From an uncultured bacterium (lineage in GTDB: Bacteria > Chloroflexota > UBA5177 > JANWHV01), in assembly GCA_963729625.1 (NCBI GenBank), contig CAVSOU010000010.1:544001-608000 (forward strand): a stretch of DNA of 64,000 bases, written 5' to 3'. The position numbers and the translations under genes are program-made. The notes beneath the pieces were generated by a model. The model was not told where the DNA came from. It ran no database searches and saw only the letters and a list, made by a program, of their open reading frames with translations. Of this stretch, positions 1 through 10,157 are shown in pieces. Within the stretch, counting starts at the first letter, position 1. Every line of letters starts with the position of its first letter.

Positions 1-364
1 CACCAGGCCCGATCAGGCCGATCAGATGCAGCTTGGTGCCGCGGTCACGCACGTGTTTGATCGCTCCGGCGAATGCAGGGTTCTCAAAGAAAGTCCCGTC
101 TTCTATGCGCCGTGAAATCTGCGTGAGCTTCTGCAGGACGACCCGGCCGGCGCCCATATTCATATGTCCGGTCTCCGAGTTGCCCATCATGCCGCGCGGC
201 AACCCTACGGCACGGCCGGAGGCTTCGATGATCGTGTGCGGACAGGAGGACCAGATGCGATCGATTGTCGGCTTCTTCGCCGCGGCAATCGCATTTCCAT
301 GTGTTTCTTCTCGATAGCCAAAGCCATCCAGGATCACGAGGCAAACGACAGGTGGGCGCTCCAC
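1..364 (-). CDS. gpmI: 2,3-bisphosphoglycerate-independent phosphoglycerate mutase (5' part; runs off the window edge)
   Basis: Not in the ORF track. Manual translation from GTG at 364: MERPPVVCLVILDGFGYREETHGNAIAAAKKP...ASGRAVGLPRGMMGNSETGHMNMGAGRVV. ILDGFG and GNSExGH are iPGM motifs; SD AAGGAG upstream. Confidence 0.93.
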   Translation of the reverse strand, partial: MERPPVVCLVILDGFGYREETHGNAIAAAKKPTIDRIWSSCPHTIIEASGRAVGLPRGMMGNSETGHMNMGAGRVVLQKLTQISRRIEDGTFFENPAFAGAIKHVRDRGTKLHLIGLIGPG

Positions 365-788
365 AACAACTCCTTGCTAACTCATGCACGGCATGTAATG
401 CTTGCGATCGGATTGATGCAGCTGCAACCGGGATCGATACTTGCCCGGGAAGGTCCGGATAGTTCACCAGCTCCAGCGACGTAAGTGTACCACCACGCCC
501 AGCGAGTCTTGGGGATTCTGGAGTTGACTCTCACGCCGGCTCCGTGCCCGTTCGCGACAAAACCCTGAGCGAACCTGTACCCTATTGCTGGGTGGACGTG
601 ACCGCGTATTCGCCGGCGACCCGGCGCGGTGAGGGCCGCCTGCCAAACGGCAGTTCATGCGTCAATCGTCGGGATCCCGTGAACCCGCGCGCTGAGAGAG
701 ATTTCGCCGCGCCGACGAGCGACATCGAGCGCAACGAGGCGATCCAGGGCCGGCGGAGTCCGCTGCTGGCATGCAGCGACAGGAGCAC

Positions 789-2591
789 ATGGACCAGAAG
801 CATATTCGGAACTTCTGCATCATCGCGCACATCGATCATGGCAAGTCCACACTTGCCGACCGTCTCCTGGAGGAGACGAACACAATTAGTAAGCGCGAGA
901 TGGAAGAACAGGTGCTCGATCAGATGGACCTCGAGCGTGAGAAAGGCATCACGATAAAGGCCCAGGCTGTTCGTATGTCCTACGCGGCCGACGACGGCGA
1001 CGTCTACGAACTCAATCTGATCGATACTCCGGGGCACGTAGACTTTAACTACGAGGTATCGCGCAGTCTTGCCGCGTGTGAGGGCGCCATTCTTGTGGTC
1101 GACGCCAGCCAGGGAATCGAAGCGCAAACGCTTGCAAACATGTACCTCGCCTACGAGCAGAACCTGACAATCATTCCTGTGATCAACAAGATCGATCTGC
1201 CCAGCGCGGAGCCCGAGCGCGTGCGCGAGGAGATTCAGCGTGTCATTGGCCTTGACGCCGAGGACGTTCTCCTAATCAGCGCCAAGGCAGGTATCGGCAT
1301 CCACGAGGTGCTTGAAGCGATCGTGCGCATGGTGCCACCGCCGGAGGGCAATCTGAAGGCGCCCGTGCGAGCATTGATCTTCGACTCCAAGTACGACTCC
1401 TATCGCGGAGTTGTGGCGTACGTCCGCATGCGCGACGGCGAATTGCCGACCGGGGCCCGTATCAGTCTCATGTTTTCGGGTGCGGTCAGCGACATGATGG
1501 ACCTTGGCAGTTTCAGGCCGATGCTCACTCCCCTGCCTGAGCTCGTGGCCGGCGAGGTTGGATATATTGCGACCGGCCTCAAGAACGTCAAGGACTGCCA
1601 GGTTGGTGACACTATCACGCTGGCCGAAGATCCGGCATCCGAGCCTCTCCCGGGCTACAAGGCCGCGCAGCCGATGGTGTTTGCCGGTATTTACCCGATT
1701 AATGGCGAAGACTACCCGCTCGTACGCGACGCCCTCGACCGCCTTCAGCTCAATGATGCAAGCCTCACGTACGAACCGGAGAGCTCGATAGCCTTGGGCT
1801 TCGGCTATCGATGCGGGTTTCTCGGCTTGCTGCACATGGAGATTATCCAGGAGCGACTCGAGCGCGAGTATAATCTCGAGCTCCTGGCCACGGCCCCCAG
1901 CGTGGAGTATCTGGTGAAGCGGACAGACGGGTCCGAGGTCAAGATTGACAACCCCGCGCAATTGCCCCCAGTGGGCGAGATTGCCGTGATTTCGGAACCG
2001 TGGGTGAAGGCCAGTATCTTCACGCCGACGGACTACATCGGGACAGTCATGGAGCTGAACCGGACGCATCGTGGGGTGTTCGGCCATATGTCATACATCG
2101 ACGAGCATCGCGTACAGATCGACTACGACGTGCCCCTATCCGAGCTGATCGTCGATTACTACGATCAACTGAAATCCAAGACGCAGGGCTACGCGTCGCT
2201 CGATTACACGATAACGGGCTACCGCGAAGGGAAGCTCGTCAGGCTCGACATCCTCGTCAATGGATCGCCCGTGGACGCCCTATCAATGATTACGCATGCC
2301 GACAAGGCCTATACAATTGGCCGTCAGTTGGTAGACAAGTTGCGCACGATCATTCCACGCCAGTTGTTTGAGGTGCCGATTCAGGCCGCCGTCGGCACGC
2401 GAATCATAGCGCGAGAGACCATCCGCGCCATGCGAAAGGATGTGCTGGCCAAGTGCTATGGCGGCGATATTACGCGAAAGCGAAAGCTGCTTGAGAAACA
2501 GAAGGAAGGTAAGGCGCGCATGAAGCGCGTGGGCAACGTCGAGATCCCTCAGGAGGCATTCATGGCCGTTCTTTCCCTGGCTGATGAGTAG
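789..2591 (+). CDS. lepA: Elongation factor 4 (LepA)
   Basis: [79 protein letters not shown]; AGGAG SD before ATG 789. Confidence 0.98.
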   Translation: MDQKHIRNFCIIAHIDHGKSTLADRLLEETNTISKREMEEQVLDQMDLEREKGITIKAQAVRMSYAADDGDVYELNLIDTPGHVDFNYEVSRSLAACEGAILVVDASQGIEAQTLANMYLAYEQNLTIIPVINKIDLPSAEPERVREEIQRVIGLDAEDVLLISAKAGIGIHEVLEAIVRMVPPPEGNLKAPVRALIFDSKYDSYRGVVAYVRMRDGELPTGARISLMFSGAVSDMMDLGSFRPMLTPLPELVAGEVGYIATGLKNVKDCQVGDTITLAEDPASEPLPGYKAAQPMVFAGIYPINGEDYPLVRDALDRLQLNDASLTYEPESSIALGFGYRCGFLGLLHMEIIQERLEREYNLELLATAPSVEYLVKRTDGSEVKIDNPAQLPPVGEIAVISEPWVKASIFTPTDYIGTVMELNRTHRGVFGHMSYIDEHRVQIDYDVPLSELIVDYYDQLKSKTQGYASLDYTITGYREGKLVRLDILVNGSPVDALSMITHADKAYTIGRQLVDKLRTIIPRQLFEVPIQAAVGTRIIARETIRAMRKDVLAKCYGGDITRKRKLLEKQKEGKARMKRVGNVEIPQEAFMAVLSLADE

Positions 2592-2730
2592 CACGCTCCA
2601 AGGAGACCCGCATTGCGATAGACTGGTGCTGTCCACAAGGCACGACGTCGCAGAGGTCTGGCTCGTGGTACATCGCCTAGTGGACACGGGAATTCTGAGT
2701 TTGCTCGAAGGCGCGTGGAGGTAGAAGCGT

Positions 2731-3006
2731 ATGGTGGAGCCAAGCAGGGAACAAGTCCTGATCCGCATCCACGACCAGGTCGCGGACTACGTTAAGCAAC
2801 TTGACGACCTCATGCGTGGGCTCGACCCAGAAGAAGCGGCGTCACTGGTCGGTCAGGCACGTCATCTGCTTACCGTTGCAACGTTTCTTCGCGACGCCAC
2901 GCTTGACCTGCTGGAGACCGCCGGGTCGCCCGTCGACGAAGACGCCATGGACGCCGGTCCAGGCGAGCCGCCTGCTCACCGTCCGGAGCCAATCGACGCT
3001 GAATGA
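2731..3006 (+). CDS. Hypothetical protein, 91 aa, probably helical with acidic tail
   Basis: GGAGGT SD before the ATG; fills the gap after lepA; no family recognised. Confidence 0.65.
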   Translation: MVEPSREQVLIRIHDQVADYVKQLDDLMRGLDPEEAASLVGQARHLLTVATFLRDATLDLLETAGSPVDEDAMDAGPGEPPAHRPEPIDAE

Positions 3007-3078
3007 TGGCGCCCGATTCGGGTATGCCGAGTGGGAACGCGGCCACGGCGCACGTGCAGGCCATATGGCTGCAATCGG

Positions 3079-4017
3079 TCAGTCGTGGACCCAAGGCAAG
3101 CGGCTGTTTGGACTATGCGGCCGGCCGTGATTTGGCGTGCCGACGGCCAACCTGGTCTGGCGTGCCGTCTCATACAAGACCGGCTGCCGTATAATAGCGA
3201 GCGCAATGGCAAGTAATGCGAAGCCAAGAATGTATCCGCCAAGAACGTCACTTGGCCAGTGCCACGCGTAGAGCACCATGGCCAGGCCAACAACGGAAAG
3301 CGGCGCACACAGGGCGAGGGCAAATAGATCGCCCACAAGGGGCACGTCTGCTCGGAGACAGAGCCAGATGAGCAGTCCCACCGAGAACGTGGCTCGCGCG
3401 GTCGTGCCGCTCGGATAGCTTGAGATCAGATTGACCGTAATGCCGCCTGCCTTGGAAGCCAGCGCTTGCACACTGTCGGGAGCAGAGTGTTGGAGCCAAC
3501 CGGCGACGGTCTTGCTACCCGCGCCGTGAACGAGCGACGAGATTGTAACGGACGCCTCCTGGTTGCCCAGACCATCGGGCTGTGGAAGGGCAGCTTTGCA
3601 GATAACCTCGATCGGCCATGATGCGAAGCCGATCAGTGTGGCCCACGTGCGACGGAACCCGAGCAGCCACATCGTGAGGATGCCGGCTGCGGTCACTGCT
3701 CCGACAAAAGCGGCATCGCCCAGGTGTACAAGCGGATGGACCATTGCAAGGATATGTGTGTGGTCCCGCGCCGGTATCAGGTGGGCCACGATTCGAAGAT
3801 CGTAATGCGTGAAGGTTCCGGCTACCCGGAACAGTGTGCTGGTGAGAAACGCCAGGCTGAGCACGATCGCTGCAGCCAGCGCCAGCGGCGATGACCGGTA
3901 GCCGCGGAGAACGGCGACTGCCTCCAGCCCGCCTGATCCGTGCAGGCCTGGTCTGGCCGCAGGCTCCTGGCTTGGAAGTGGCATTGCGACGAAGGCCTTC
4001 CTTGTGCCGGACATCAA
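3079..4017 (-). CDS. PAP2-superfamily membrane protein with degenerate catalytic motifs (start uncertain)
   Basis: Several TM segments; SYPSG and HWPSDVLGG motifs. Confidence 0.8.
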   Translation of the reverse strand: MMSGTRKAFVAMPLPSQEPAARPGLHGSGGLEAVAVLRGYRSSPLALAAAIVLSLAFLTSTLFRVAGTFTHYDLRIVAHLIPARDHTHILAMVHPLVHLGDAAFVGAVTAAGILTMWLLGFRRTWATLIGFASWPIEVICKAALPQPDGLGNQEASVTISSLVHGAGSKTVAGWLQHSAPDSVQALASKAGGITVNLISSYPSGTTARATFSVGLLIWLCLRADVPLVGDLFALALCAPLSVVGLAMVLYAWHWPSDVLGGYILGFALLAIALAIIRQPVLYETARQTRLAVGTPNHGRPHSPNSRLPWVHD

Positions 4018-4171
4018 ATTCAGCTCTCAGCGTACTGCGCTGGCTTCCAACGAGCAACGACATTGCAGCCGGCTCAGCAACAGCCCACCCTGCTTTTCTG
4101 ATGCCGAGCACGGGTGTACAATGCAACCACATTCCTCCTCGAGTGCCGTCCGCTGGAAGTGAGGTCGTACC

Positions 4172-4639
4172 ATGGCGGTTAAGGTGTTTGTCGAGAGCGT
4201 GCGGATCAATCTGGCTAACAACTCGCGAGTCGTACTGCTTAAGGACTCCAAGATCGACCGCTACCTCCTCATCCATATTGGCGAATGGGAGTCTTTCGCT
4301 ATTGCCGCCGAATTGCAGGGGCACAAGCCGGCTCGGCCGTTCACGCATGATCTGCTGACTAACATCCTCGAGCAGCTGAACGCTCATGTCGAGAGTGTCC
4401 TCATTCATAGTCTCGAGAATGACGTGTTCTTCGCGACGATCACGCTTGAACGTGACGGGAAGAAGCTGGAAATCGACGCTCGACCAAGTGATTCGATCGC
4501 CCTCGCCGTTCGCTGCGACGCAGCGATCTTTGTTGAAGAGGTCGTATTTGAGCAGGCCGGCCTGAAGGTGGCCAGCAAGGATCAGGACGACGAAAAGCTC
4601 GCGGTATTTAGAGATTTCGTCAATCAGCTGGACTTCTGA
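4172..4639 (+). CDS. Bifunctional nuclease family protein (DUF151)
   Basis: LIHIGEWESFAIA, RPFTHDLL, IDARPSDSIALAVR motifs; GAGGT SD; TACAAT -10 at 4117-4122. Confidence 0.9.
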   Translation: MAVKVFVESVRINLANNSRVVLLKDSKIDRYLLIHIGEWESFAIAAELQGHKPARPFTHDLLTNILEQLNAHVESVLIHSLENDVFFATITLERDGKKLEIDARPSDSIALAVRCDAAIFVEEVVFEQAGLKVASKDQDDEKLAVFRDFVNQLDF

Positions 4640-5613
4640 TGCTCGTCATCTCGGAAGACCAGGTCGACCGTCTCCTGCCTGTAGCTGCCGCCATTGGTAT
4701 TGTTCGGCAGGCCTATGCGGCGTTCTCGCGCGGCGAAGTGATCTGCCCACAGCGACTGCCTCTCCCACTGAAGCCCGAAAACGCCGTATTGTTGAGCATG
4801 CCGGCGTTCGATGGACATCGCTACGCCGGCGTCAAGGTGGTCGGCGTGCAGCCGTCAAACGCCGCGAGATCGCTTCCGACGGTACAAGCGAGCTATATGT
4901 TGTTCGACGGCTTGACTTGCGAGCTGCTTGCCGTGATGGGAGCGACCCGCCTGACCGCGATACGCACCGGCGCGGCCGGCGGCGTAGCGGCGTCGCTTCT
5001 GGCACTTCGTGACGCGTCGACCCTGGCGTTGATCGGCGCCGGAGCCCAGGCTGAAACTCAGATGGTCGCCGTTTTGGCGGTTCGGCCGATTCGCGATGTG
5101 TGGGTAATGAGTGCCTCCCAAGCGGAGACAGCCGGCTTCGTCGCGCGCATGAAGGGCCAAGTCTCGGCCCGGTTGCACGGAGCCCAATCCAGCAAGCAGG
5201 CGCTCGAGAGTGCGGACATCGTCGTCACGGCTACAAATTCGAAAACGCCCGTGTTCGCCGACTCGGACGTGAAGCCTGGGTGCCACATCACCGGCATTGG
5301 TGCGTTCACCGCGACAATGCAGGAGATACCGGACGCCACGATCGCGCGAGCGGCAGTCTACGTGGATGCCAACGAGGCTGCCTGGAACGAATCGGGCGAG
5401 CTGGGTGGGAGCTACGCCAGAGGCGTGATCTCGCGCAACCACGTCGTGGGCGAGATTGGCGCCCTTATCGACGGGCGTGTTCCTGGTAGACGTGACGAGA
5501 AGCAAATCACTGTGTTCAAGTCGGTTGGGCTCGCGGCACAGGACCTCGAGTGTGCCGCCGCCGTTTACGAGCGCGCGCGGGATGCCGGTATCGGCATTGA
5601 AGTCGCAGTCTGA
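4639..5613 (+). CDS. Ornithine cyclodeaminase / mu-crystallin family protein
   Basis: MPA...GVKVV, LTAIRTGAAGG, IGAGAQA Rossmann motif, ITVFKSVGLAAQDL; TGATG overlap with the DUF151 gene. Confidence 0.9.
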   Translation: MLVISEDQVDRLLPVAAAIGIVRQAYAAFSRGEVICPQRLPLPLKPENAVLLSMPAFDGHRYAGVKVVGVQPSNAARSLPTVQASYMLFDGLTCELLAVMGATRLTAIRTGAAGGVAASLLALRDASTLALIGAGAQAETQMVAVLAVRPIRDVWVMSASQAETAGFVARMKGQVSARLHGAQSSKQALESADIVVTATNSKTPVFADSDVKPGCHITGIGAFTATMQEIPDATIARAAVYVDANEAAWNESGELGGSYARGVISRNHVVGEIGALIDGRVPGRRDEKQITVFKSVGLAAQDLECAAAVYERARDAGIGIEVAV

Positions 5614-5708
5614 CACTCGAGCAGCAACCGATCAGAGGCAGCGGTGATCGCGTTACGAAGAACCCGTCCGCCTGAATGGTGTCGTCTCACAGCGAGTTGG
5701 GGGATGTG

Positions 5709-6545
5709 ATGAAGGAGCTGGCCTACAAGGTGAAGCCAGGGGAAGACCTCGATCTTCACGGTATCGATCCCGGAGACACTCACGGCGTGGCGCGTCCCGA
5801 GGCCGAAGCGCAGATCGCCAAGGTACACGACGAGCTGACGTCGCTCCAGGAGATCCACTATGCGGCCGGGCAGAACGGCATCCTGCTCGTGCTCCAGGGC
5901 CTGGACACCGCCGGGAAAGATGGAACTATCCGCCACGTCATGGCCGCATTTAACCCTGCCAGTTGCCGTGTCGAGTCCTTCAAGGTGCCGACACCGGAAG
6001 AACGCGCGCACGACTTTCTCTGGCGCATCCATCGCGTGACCCCGCCGCTCGGCTCTATCTCCATTTTCAATCGATCGCACTACGAAGATGTACTCGTGAC
6101 GCGGGTCCACGGGCTCGTCCCCGAGCGCGTGATCACCGCGCGTTACGCGCAGATCAATGCGTTCGAGAACCTGCTCGCCGAGGCGGGCACAATTGTCGTC
6201 AAGTTCTTCCTGTATATCTCAAGGAACGAACAGCGCGACAGACTGCTTGCGAGGGAAGCAGACCACAGCAAGTCCTGGAAACTCTCGACGTCCGACTGGC
6301 CAGAGCACGAGCTGTACGATGACTATGTCCAGGCGTATAAACTTGCTTTGGGCACGTGCTCGACGAAATCGGCTCCTTGGTATGTCGTTCCATCGGACAA
6401 GAAATGGTATCGAAACCACGCGGTGGCGCAGATCGTCGCCGACACGATGCGCGGCCATAGTGATCGATGGCGGAAGGAGCTCGATGAGCGCGGAAAGCGC
6501 CAACTTGCCGCTATCACGGCGCTGAAACAGAGCAAGAACCGCTAG
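5709..6545 (+). CDS. ppk2: Polyphosphate kinase 2 family protein (class III-like)
   Basis: LQGLDTAGKDGTIRHV Walker A, SFKVPTPEERAHDFLWR, IFNRSHYEDVL, APWYVVPSDKKWYRN. Confidence 0.92.
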   Translation: MKELAYKVKPGEDLDLHGIDPGDTHGVARPEAEAQIAKVHDELTSLQEIHYAAGQNGILLVLQGLDTAGKDGTIRHVMAAFNPASCRVESFKVPTPEERAHDFLWRIHRVTPPLGSISIFNRSHYEDVLVTRVHGLVPERVITARYAQINAFENLLAEAGTIVVKFFLYISRNEQRDRLLAREADHSKSWKLSTSDWPEHELYDDYVQAYKLALGTCSTKSAPWYVVPSDKKWYRNHAVAQIVADTMRGHSDRWRKELDERGKRQLAAITALKQSKNR

Positions 6546-6577
6546 ACCGAACGGCTAGTTCGAATCCCAGCGCCGAC

Positions 6578-7918
6578 TTACTCTTGATCTCTGCGTGCTA
6601 CGCGTTCACGTCTTGTGAGGCGGCGTGACGTGGGCTCGTCCACTACATCTCCCCAGATCAGCTCCGCGTCGGCGATATAGACCGTATCGCCGTCGGCGAC
6701 TCCGGCATGCTCCAGAGCGCGAGTCACGCCGAATCGCCGGAGGAGCGCCTGCAACCGGTTGAGGCTCTCATCGGATGTCATATCTGTCATTAACATCGAC
6801 CGCTCTGCCCGACGGCTGTGGACGCGGAATACATGATCCTCGATACGCTCGATGCGCAACGCATCAAGCTGCGGAGGAATGATGATGTGTTCAGCCACCG
6901 GGAGCAAATCCGCGTTCCGTGCTCGAGCGGCAACGAGCAACTGCCTGACGCGCCGACCCATATCCTGGATACCTTGGCCCGTTGCCGCACTGATCGCGTA
7001 TGCCTCGAGTCTTCGTTCGTCGAGCGCGGCCTCGATCTCTGGCCACTGCGCTCGAGCGACTGGGAGGTCCATCTTGTTCACGGCAATGATTTGAGGCCTG
7101 TCGCGCAGATCGGCGCTGTAGAGCGCCAGCTCGCTATTGATCACTTCGATGTGAGCCAGGACCTGTGCGACATCGCCATCTGAGCCGTCTACGACGTGGA
7201 TGAGCACGCTCGTCCGCTCTATGTGTCGCAGAAATTCGTGGCCCAGGCCCAGCCCGTCGTGAGCGCCCTCAATCAGCCCCGGGATGTCCGCGATTACGTA
7301 GCTGTAGTCATCGCTCACCGATACTCCAAGATTAGGAGACACGGTGGTGAACGGATAGTCGGCAATCTTCGGCCGCGCGGCAGTCATGCTCGACAGCAAC
7401 GTCGACTTTCCAGCATTCGGAAGTCCGGCCAGGCCAACGTCCGCAATGAGCTTGAGCTCGAGGAGCAGGGTCCGCTCTTCGCCAGGCTCTCCCTTTTCGG
7501 CGATACGTGGCGCCTGGTAGGTAGGCGTAGCGAAATGCGTATTCCCGAGCCCGCCTCGGCCGCCGCGCGCGACCATAAGCCGTTGACCCGGCTCGGCAAG
7601 ATCACCCAGCACCGCATCCGTGTCCGAGTCTCGCACCAATGTGCCAACGGGCACGGGTAGCAGGAGGTCATCCCCGGCGCTGCCGTGTCGCCTGCGCAGC
7701 GATCCATTGCCGCCCGGCGTGGCGCGGTGGTGCCGGTGTAGGGCGTAGTGGTGCAGCGTGTTGATGGAAGGGTCCGCCACGGCATAGACGCTGCCACCGC
7801 GCCCGCCATCGCCGCCGTCGGGACCGCCCTTGGGAACGTACTTCTCTCGTCGAAAGTGCAGAGATCCGGCGCCGCCCGACCCGGCGCGCACAAAGATCTT
7901 TACCTCATCACGAAACAC
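6578..7918 (-). CDS. obgE: GTPase ObgE with C-terminal extension domain
   Basis: FRREKYVPKGGPDGGDGGRGG, GLPNAGKSTLL, KIADYPFTT, ADIPGLIEGA, NKMD. Confidence 0.97.
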   Translation of the reverse strand: MFRDEVKIFVRAGSGGAGSLHFRREKYVPKGGPDGGDGGRGGSVYAVADPSINTLHHYALHRHHRATPGGNGSLRRRHGSAGDDLLLPVPVGTLVRDSDTDAVLGDLAEPGQRLMVARGGRGGLGNTHFATPTYQAPRIAEKGEPGEERTLLLELKLIADVGLAGLPNAGKSTLLSSMTAARPKIADYPFTTVSPNLGVSVSDDYSYVIADIPGLIEGAHDGLGLGHEFLRHIERTSVLIHVVDGSDGDVAQVLAHIEVINSELALYSADLRDRPQIIAVNKMDLPVARAQWPEIEAALDERRLEAYAISAATGQGIQDMGRRVRQLLVAARARNADLLPVAEHIIIPPQLDALRIERIEDHVFRVHSRRAERSMLMTDMTSDESLNRLQALLRRFGVTRALEHAGVADGDTVYIADAELIWGDVVDEPTSRRLTRRERVARRDQE

Positions 7919-10064
7919 GTGACTCCATCAGTAGCGAGGTTAGGCCGAGCACAGGCTTCCGAACCTGCCTGCGCAGCAAGCCGAGGCGGGCCGGATTACT
8001 CATATAGACTGCAAGCACGACGCCCTTAGCCACCGGCGCGACCAGCATGGCCGCTTTCTCTGACTCAATGGCGAGGTAGTGCGGCTCACCAAGGCCAAGG
8101 TTGCCGGTCTCACGCACGGAGTTCTGCATCGCGGCCGCAATACTGCCGTCAAGGCTCATATCGCCATTTTCCGCACCCTGAGCGGCAAGCAGAACGCCTT
8201 GCGGCGCGATGAGGCGCACGAATACAACGTCGGTCGAGCCTGCCAGGTCGCGCATCAGATCGTGAGCACGGGTCTCCTGGATAGGAGAAATGTGCACCGA
8301 AGCGCCACCTGTTTCGCCTGACGCCCGTACGTCAGCTCCAACCCTCACGTGGCCGGCAGAAATCTCACTTGACGCCACTGGCTCATCAGCCAGAACAACT
8401 GTCTCCGATTCGCCCACGATGCCCCGTAGCGCGGCATCAATGGAGTCAGCATCCATAACCGTTGCATCCGGCATTGGCTGCGCGCTTGATCGCGGCTCCG
8501 CCTCCGGCTCGAGCGCTGCTACTAAGCCTGCCCTGGCATGAGACTCAGGAACATCGTATGCCGGCACAACGTGCGTCGAAGCAGACGCGGGTTGCGGTTC
8601 ATTTGATGGATCGGAGAGGTGCTCTGTCGTGTCTCCTCCCACAAGATCGAGTGGAATGGTCGATTCAGGGCCCTGAGCATCCAGGTCGAGGAGGACCTCA
8701 CCATCGATCAGCTCCGTGGTGGAAAACACGTGCGTTTCAAACCCAGTGTCGGGCAGGTCAAAGTCATCGACCGGGCGTGTCGCGTCGAGATCTGGCGCCT
8801 CGCGGTCCGACTCGATCCGCTCTACGGAGCCGCGATATGTCCCCGGGCCGAGCGCGCGATCGCCTGACTCCGCCTGCGCGTCAAGATCGGCTGCTTCTGT
8901 ACCCGTCCTGTAGGTGCGCGGGTCGATCACGTTGAGGAGGCTCGCACTGAAGGGTACAGCGCCGACTGGGCCGCTCTGCTGCGGCGTCGGCGGCAACGGC
9001 CCTGTTGTGAACTGGGGTTTCGGTTTCGCACCGGAGGCTGCTCCGGCAAAGTCGGCCACGGTGCCGGGAAGGCCGCGCGGAACCGACTCACCACGGAGTA
9101 TTGCTCGAATGTCCAGCGCTTGCGCTCCGGCAGCATCGACAGGCGCAGCCGCTGCACTCGCCTGTGTGAAAGACAGTGCAGGTTCAGCCGCGGCCTGGGC
9201 GGATTGTGACGGCATCGTAAACCCGCCGGCTACCGTACCGGGCAGACCAAGCCGGGGTCCAGACCCTGCAGGTCCTCCGGGTTCCGAACTCACTTTTCCC
9301 GGAAGACTCGGTCGCAAGCCGGGCCCGGGCTGCGCAGCCTGCTGGGAAGATGCTGGTGGCTTGGCGGACGGGGTCGGGCCGGGCACCTGCGGGGACAGAT
9401 CACGGCCAAGCGACCGCGCGGCAAGAGGACTCAGTCCTTCTCCCGATCCGCCCGGCTGCGGGCCGGTCCAGCCCTGCTCGTCGCGGGTACCGGGATGGGC
9501 GAGGCGCGACAGGCGCGACGCAGGTGACTGATCGAGCTGGCCACCCGGTAGGGCGCGCCCCGGGTCTTGCCGGGAAGATAACGCTCCGAAGCCCGGCGCG
9601 ACCGAAGGTCGGGTACTATCAGGCCTTTGGGTTTCAGCAGATGGCCAACTACCGGCGGCCGGGGACGCCGGCGGCAGAATCTGCCCCGGCTTGGCCGTTT
9701 CGACCCCTCCAGCCGCGAACGGCTGCTTGGTCGCCGCGGGCAAGATACGGCTGGTCTCAGCCGCGCTGCGGGCCGCGTCGCCAGGTGATGGCGCGGCCGC
9801 TGGTCGCGAAGCGCTCCTCCGATACTCGAGCAGCGGATCGTCGTCATCCGACGGCGGTGATATGACAACATCGCCCGTGGCCGCACGTGCGGGTAACGAT
9901 ATCTTCGACAGGCGCTCATGCAGGTCAAGGTCTGAAAAGTCGCTCGTCTGTGTCGCGGCGGAAGACCGCGCGCTGGCAAGTGACTGCCGTCGCAGCAGTA
10001 CCATAACGACGATCATCAGTGCGAGGACCACCGCCATCGCCACCACAATGATAGTGCTTGTCAA
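7908..10064 (-). CDS. Membrane-anchored Pro/Ala/Ser-rich protein with C-terminal roadblock/LC7-like domain
   Basis: GGAGG SD before TTG; N-terminal hydrophobic helix followed by RR; about 580 aa low-complexity linker; the C-terminal 110 aa (VVFVRLIAPQGVLLAA...GLGEPHYLAIESEKAAMLVAPV...VLAV...ARLGLLRRQVRK) fits the roadblock pattern. Confidence 0.8.
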   Translation of the reverse strand: MTSTIIVVAMAVVLALMIVVMVLLRRQSLASARSSAATQTSDFSDLDLHERLSKISLPARAATGDVVISPPSDDDDPLLEYRRSASRPAAAPSPGDAARSAAETSRILPAATKQPFAAGGVETAKPGQILPPASPAAGSWPSAETQRPDSTRPSVAPGFGALSSRQDPGRALPGGQLDQSPASRLSRLAHPGTRDEQGWTGPQPGGSGEGLSPLAARSLGRDLSPQVPGPTPSAKPPASSQQAAQPGPGLRPSLPGKVSSEPGGPAGSGPRLGLPGTVAGGFTMPSQSAQAAAEPALSFTQASAAAAPVDAAGAQALDIRAILRGESVPRGLPGTVADFAGAASGAKPKPQFTTGPLPPTPQQSGPVGAVPFSASLLNVIDPRTYRTGTEAADLDAQAESGDRALGPGTYRGSVERIESDREAPDLDATRPVDDFDLPDTGFETHVFSTTELIDGEVLLDLDAQGPESTIPLDLVGGDTTEHLSDPSNEPQPASASTHVVPAYDVPESHARAGLVAALEPEAEPRSSAQPMPDATVMDADSIDAALRGIVGESETVVLADEPVASSEISAGHVRVGADVRASGETGGASVHISPIQETRAHDLMRDLAGSTDVVFVRLIAPQGVLLAAQGAENGDMSLDGSIAAAMQNSVRETGNLGLGEPHYLAIESEKAAMLVAPVAKGVVLAVYMSNPARLGLLRRQVRKPVLGLTSLLMESRVS

Positions 10065-10157
10065 GGATTAGCCCTCCACATTAGGAAGATGCTTTTGGAG
10101 CCGAGGCGAACACCGTGGCTGCATTGTAGCACGCCTTTAGGCCAACGTAACCCAGTA

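Noticed and set aside
668-705. TPP-riboswitch-like words (CCCGTGAACC, GCTGAGA) before lepA
   Set aside because: Wrong order, missing the CTGAT...AATGCC...GGGA core, and no thiamine gene nearby.
6552-6577. GTTCGAATCCC T-loop-like sequence between ppk2 and obgE
   Set aside because: No proper T stem, acceptor stem or anticodon arm; likely chance or part of a small hairpin.
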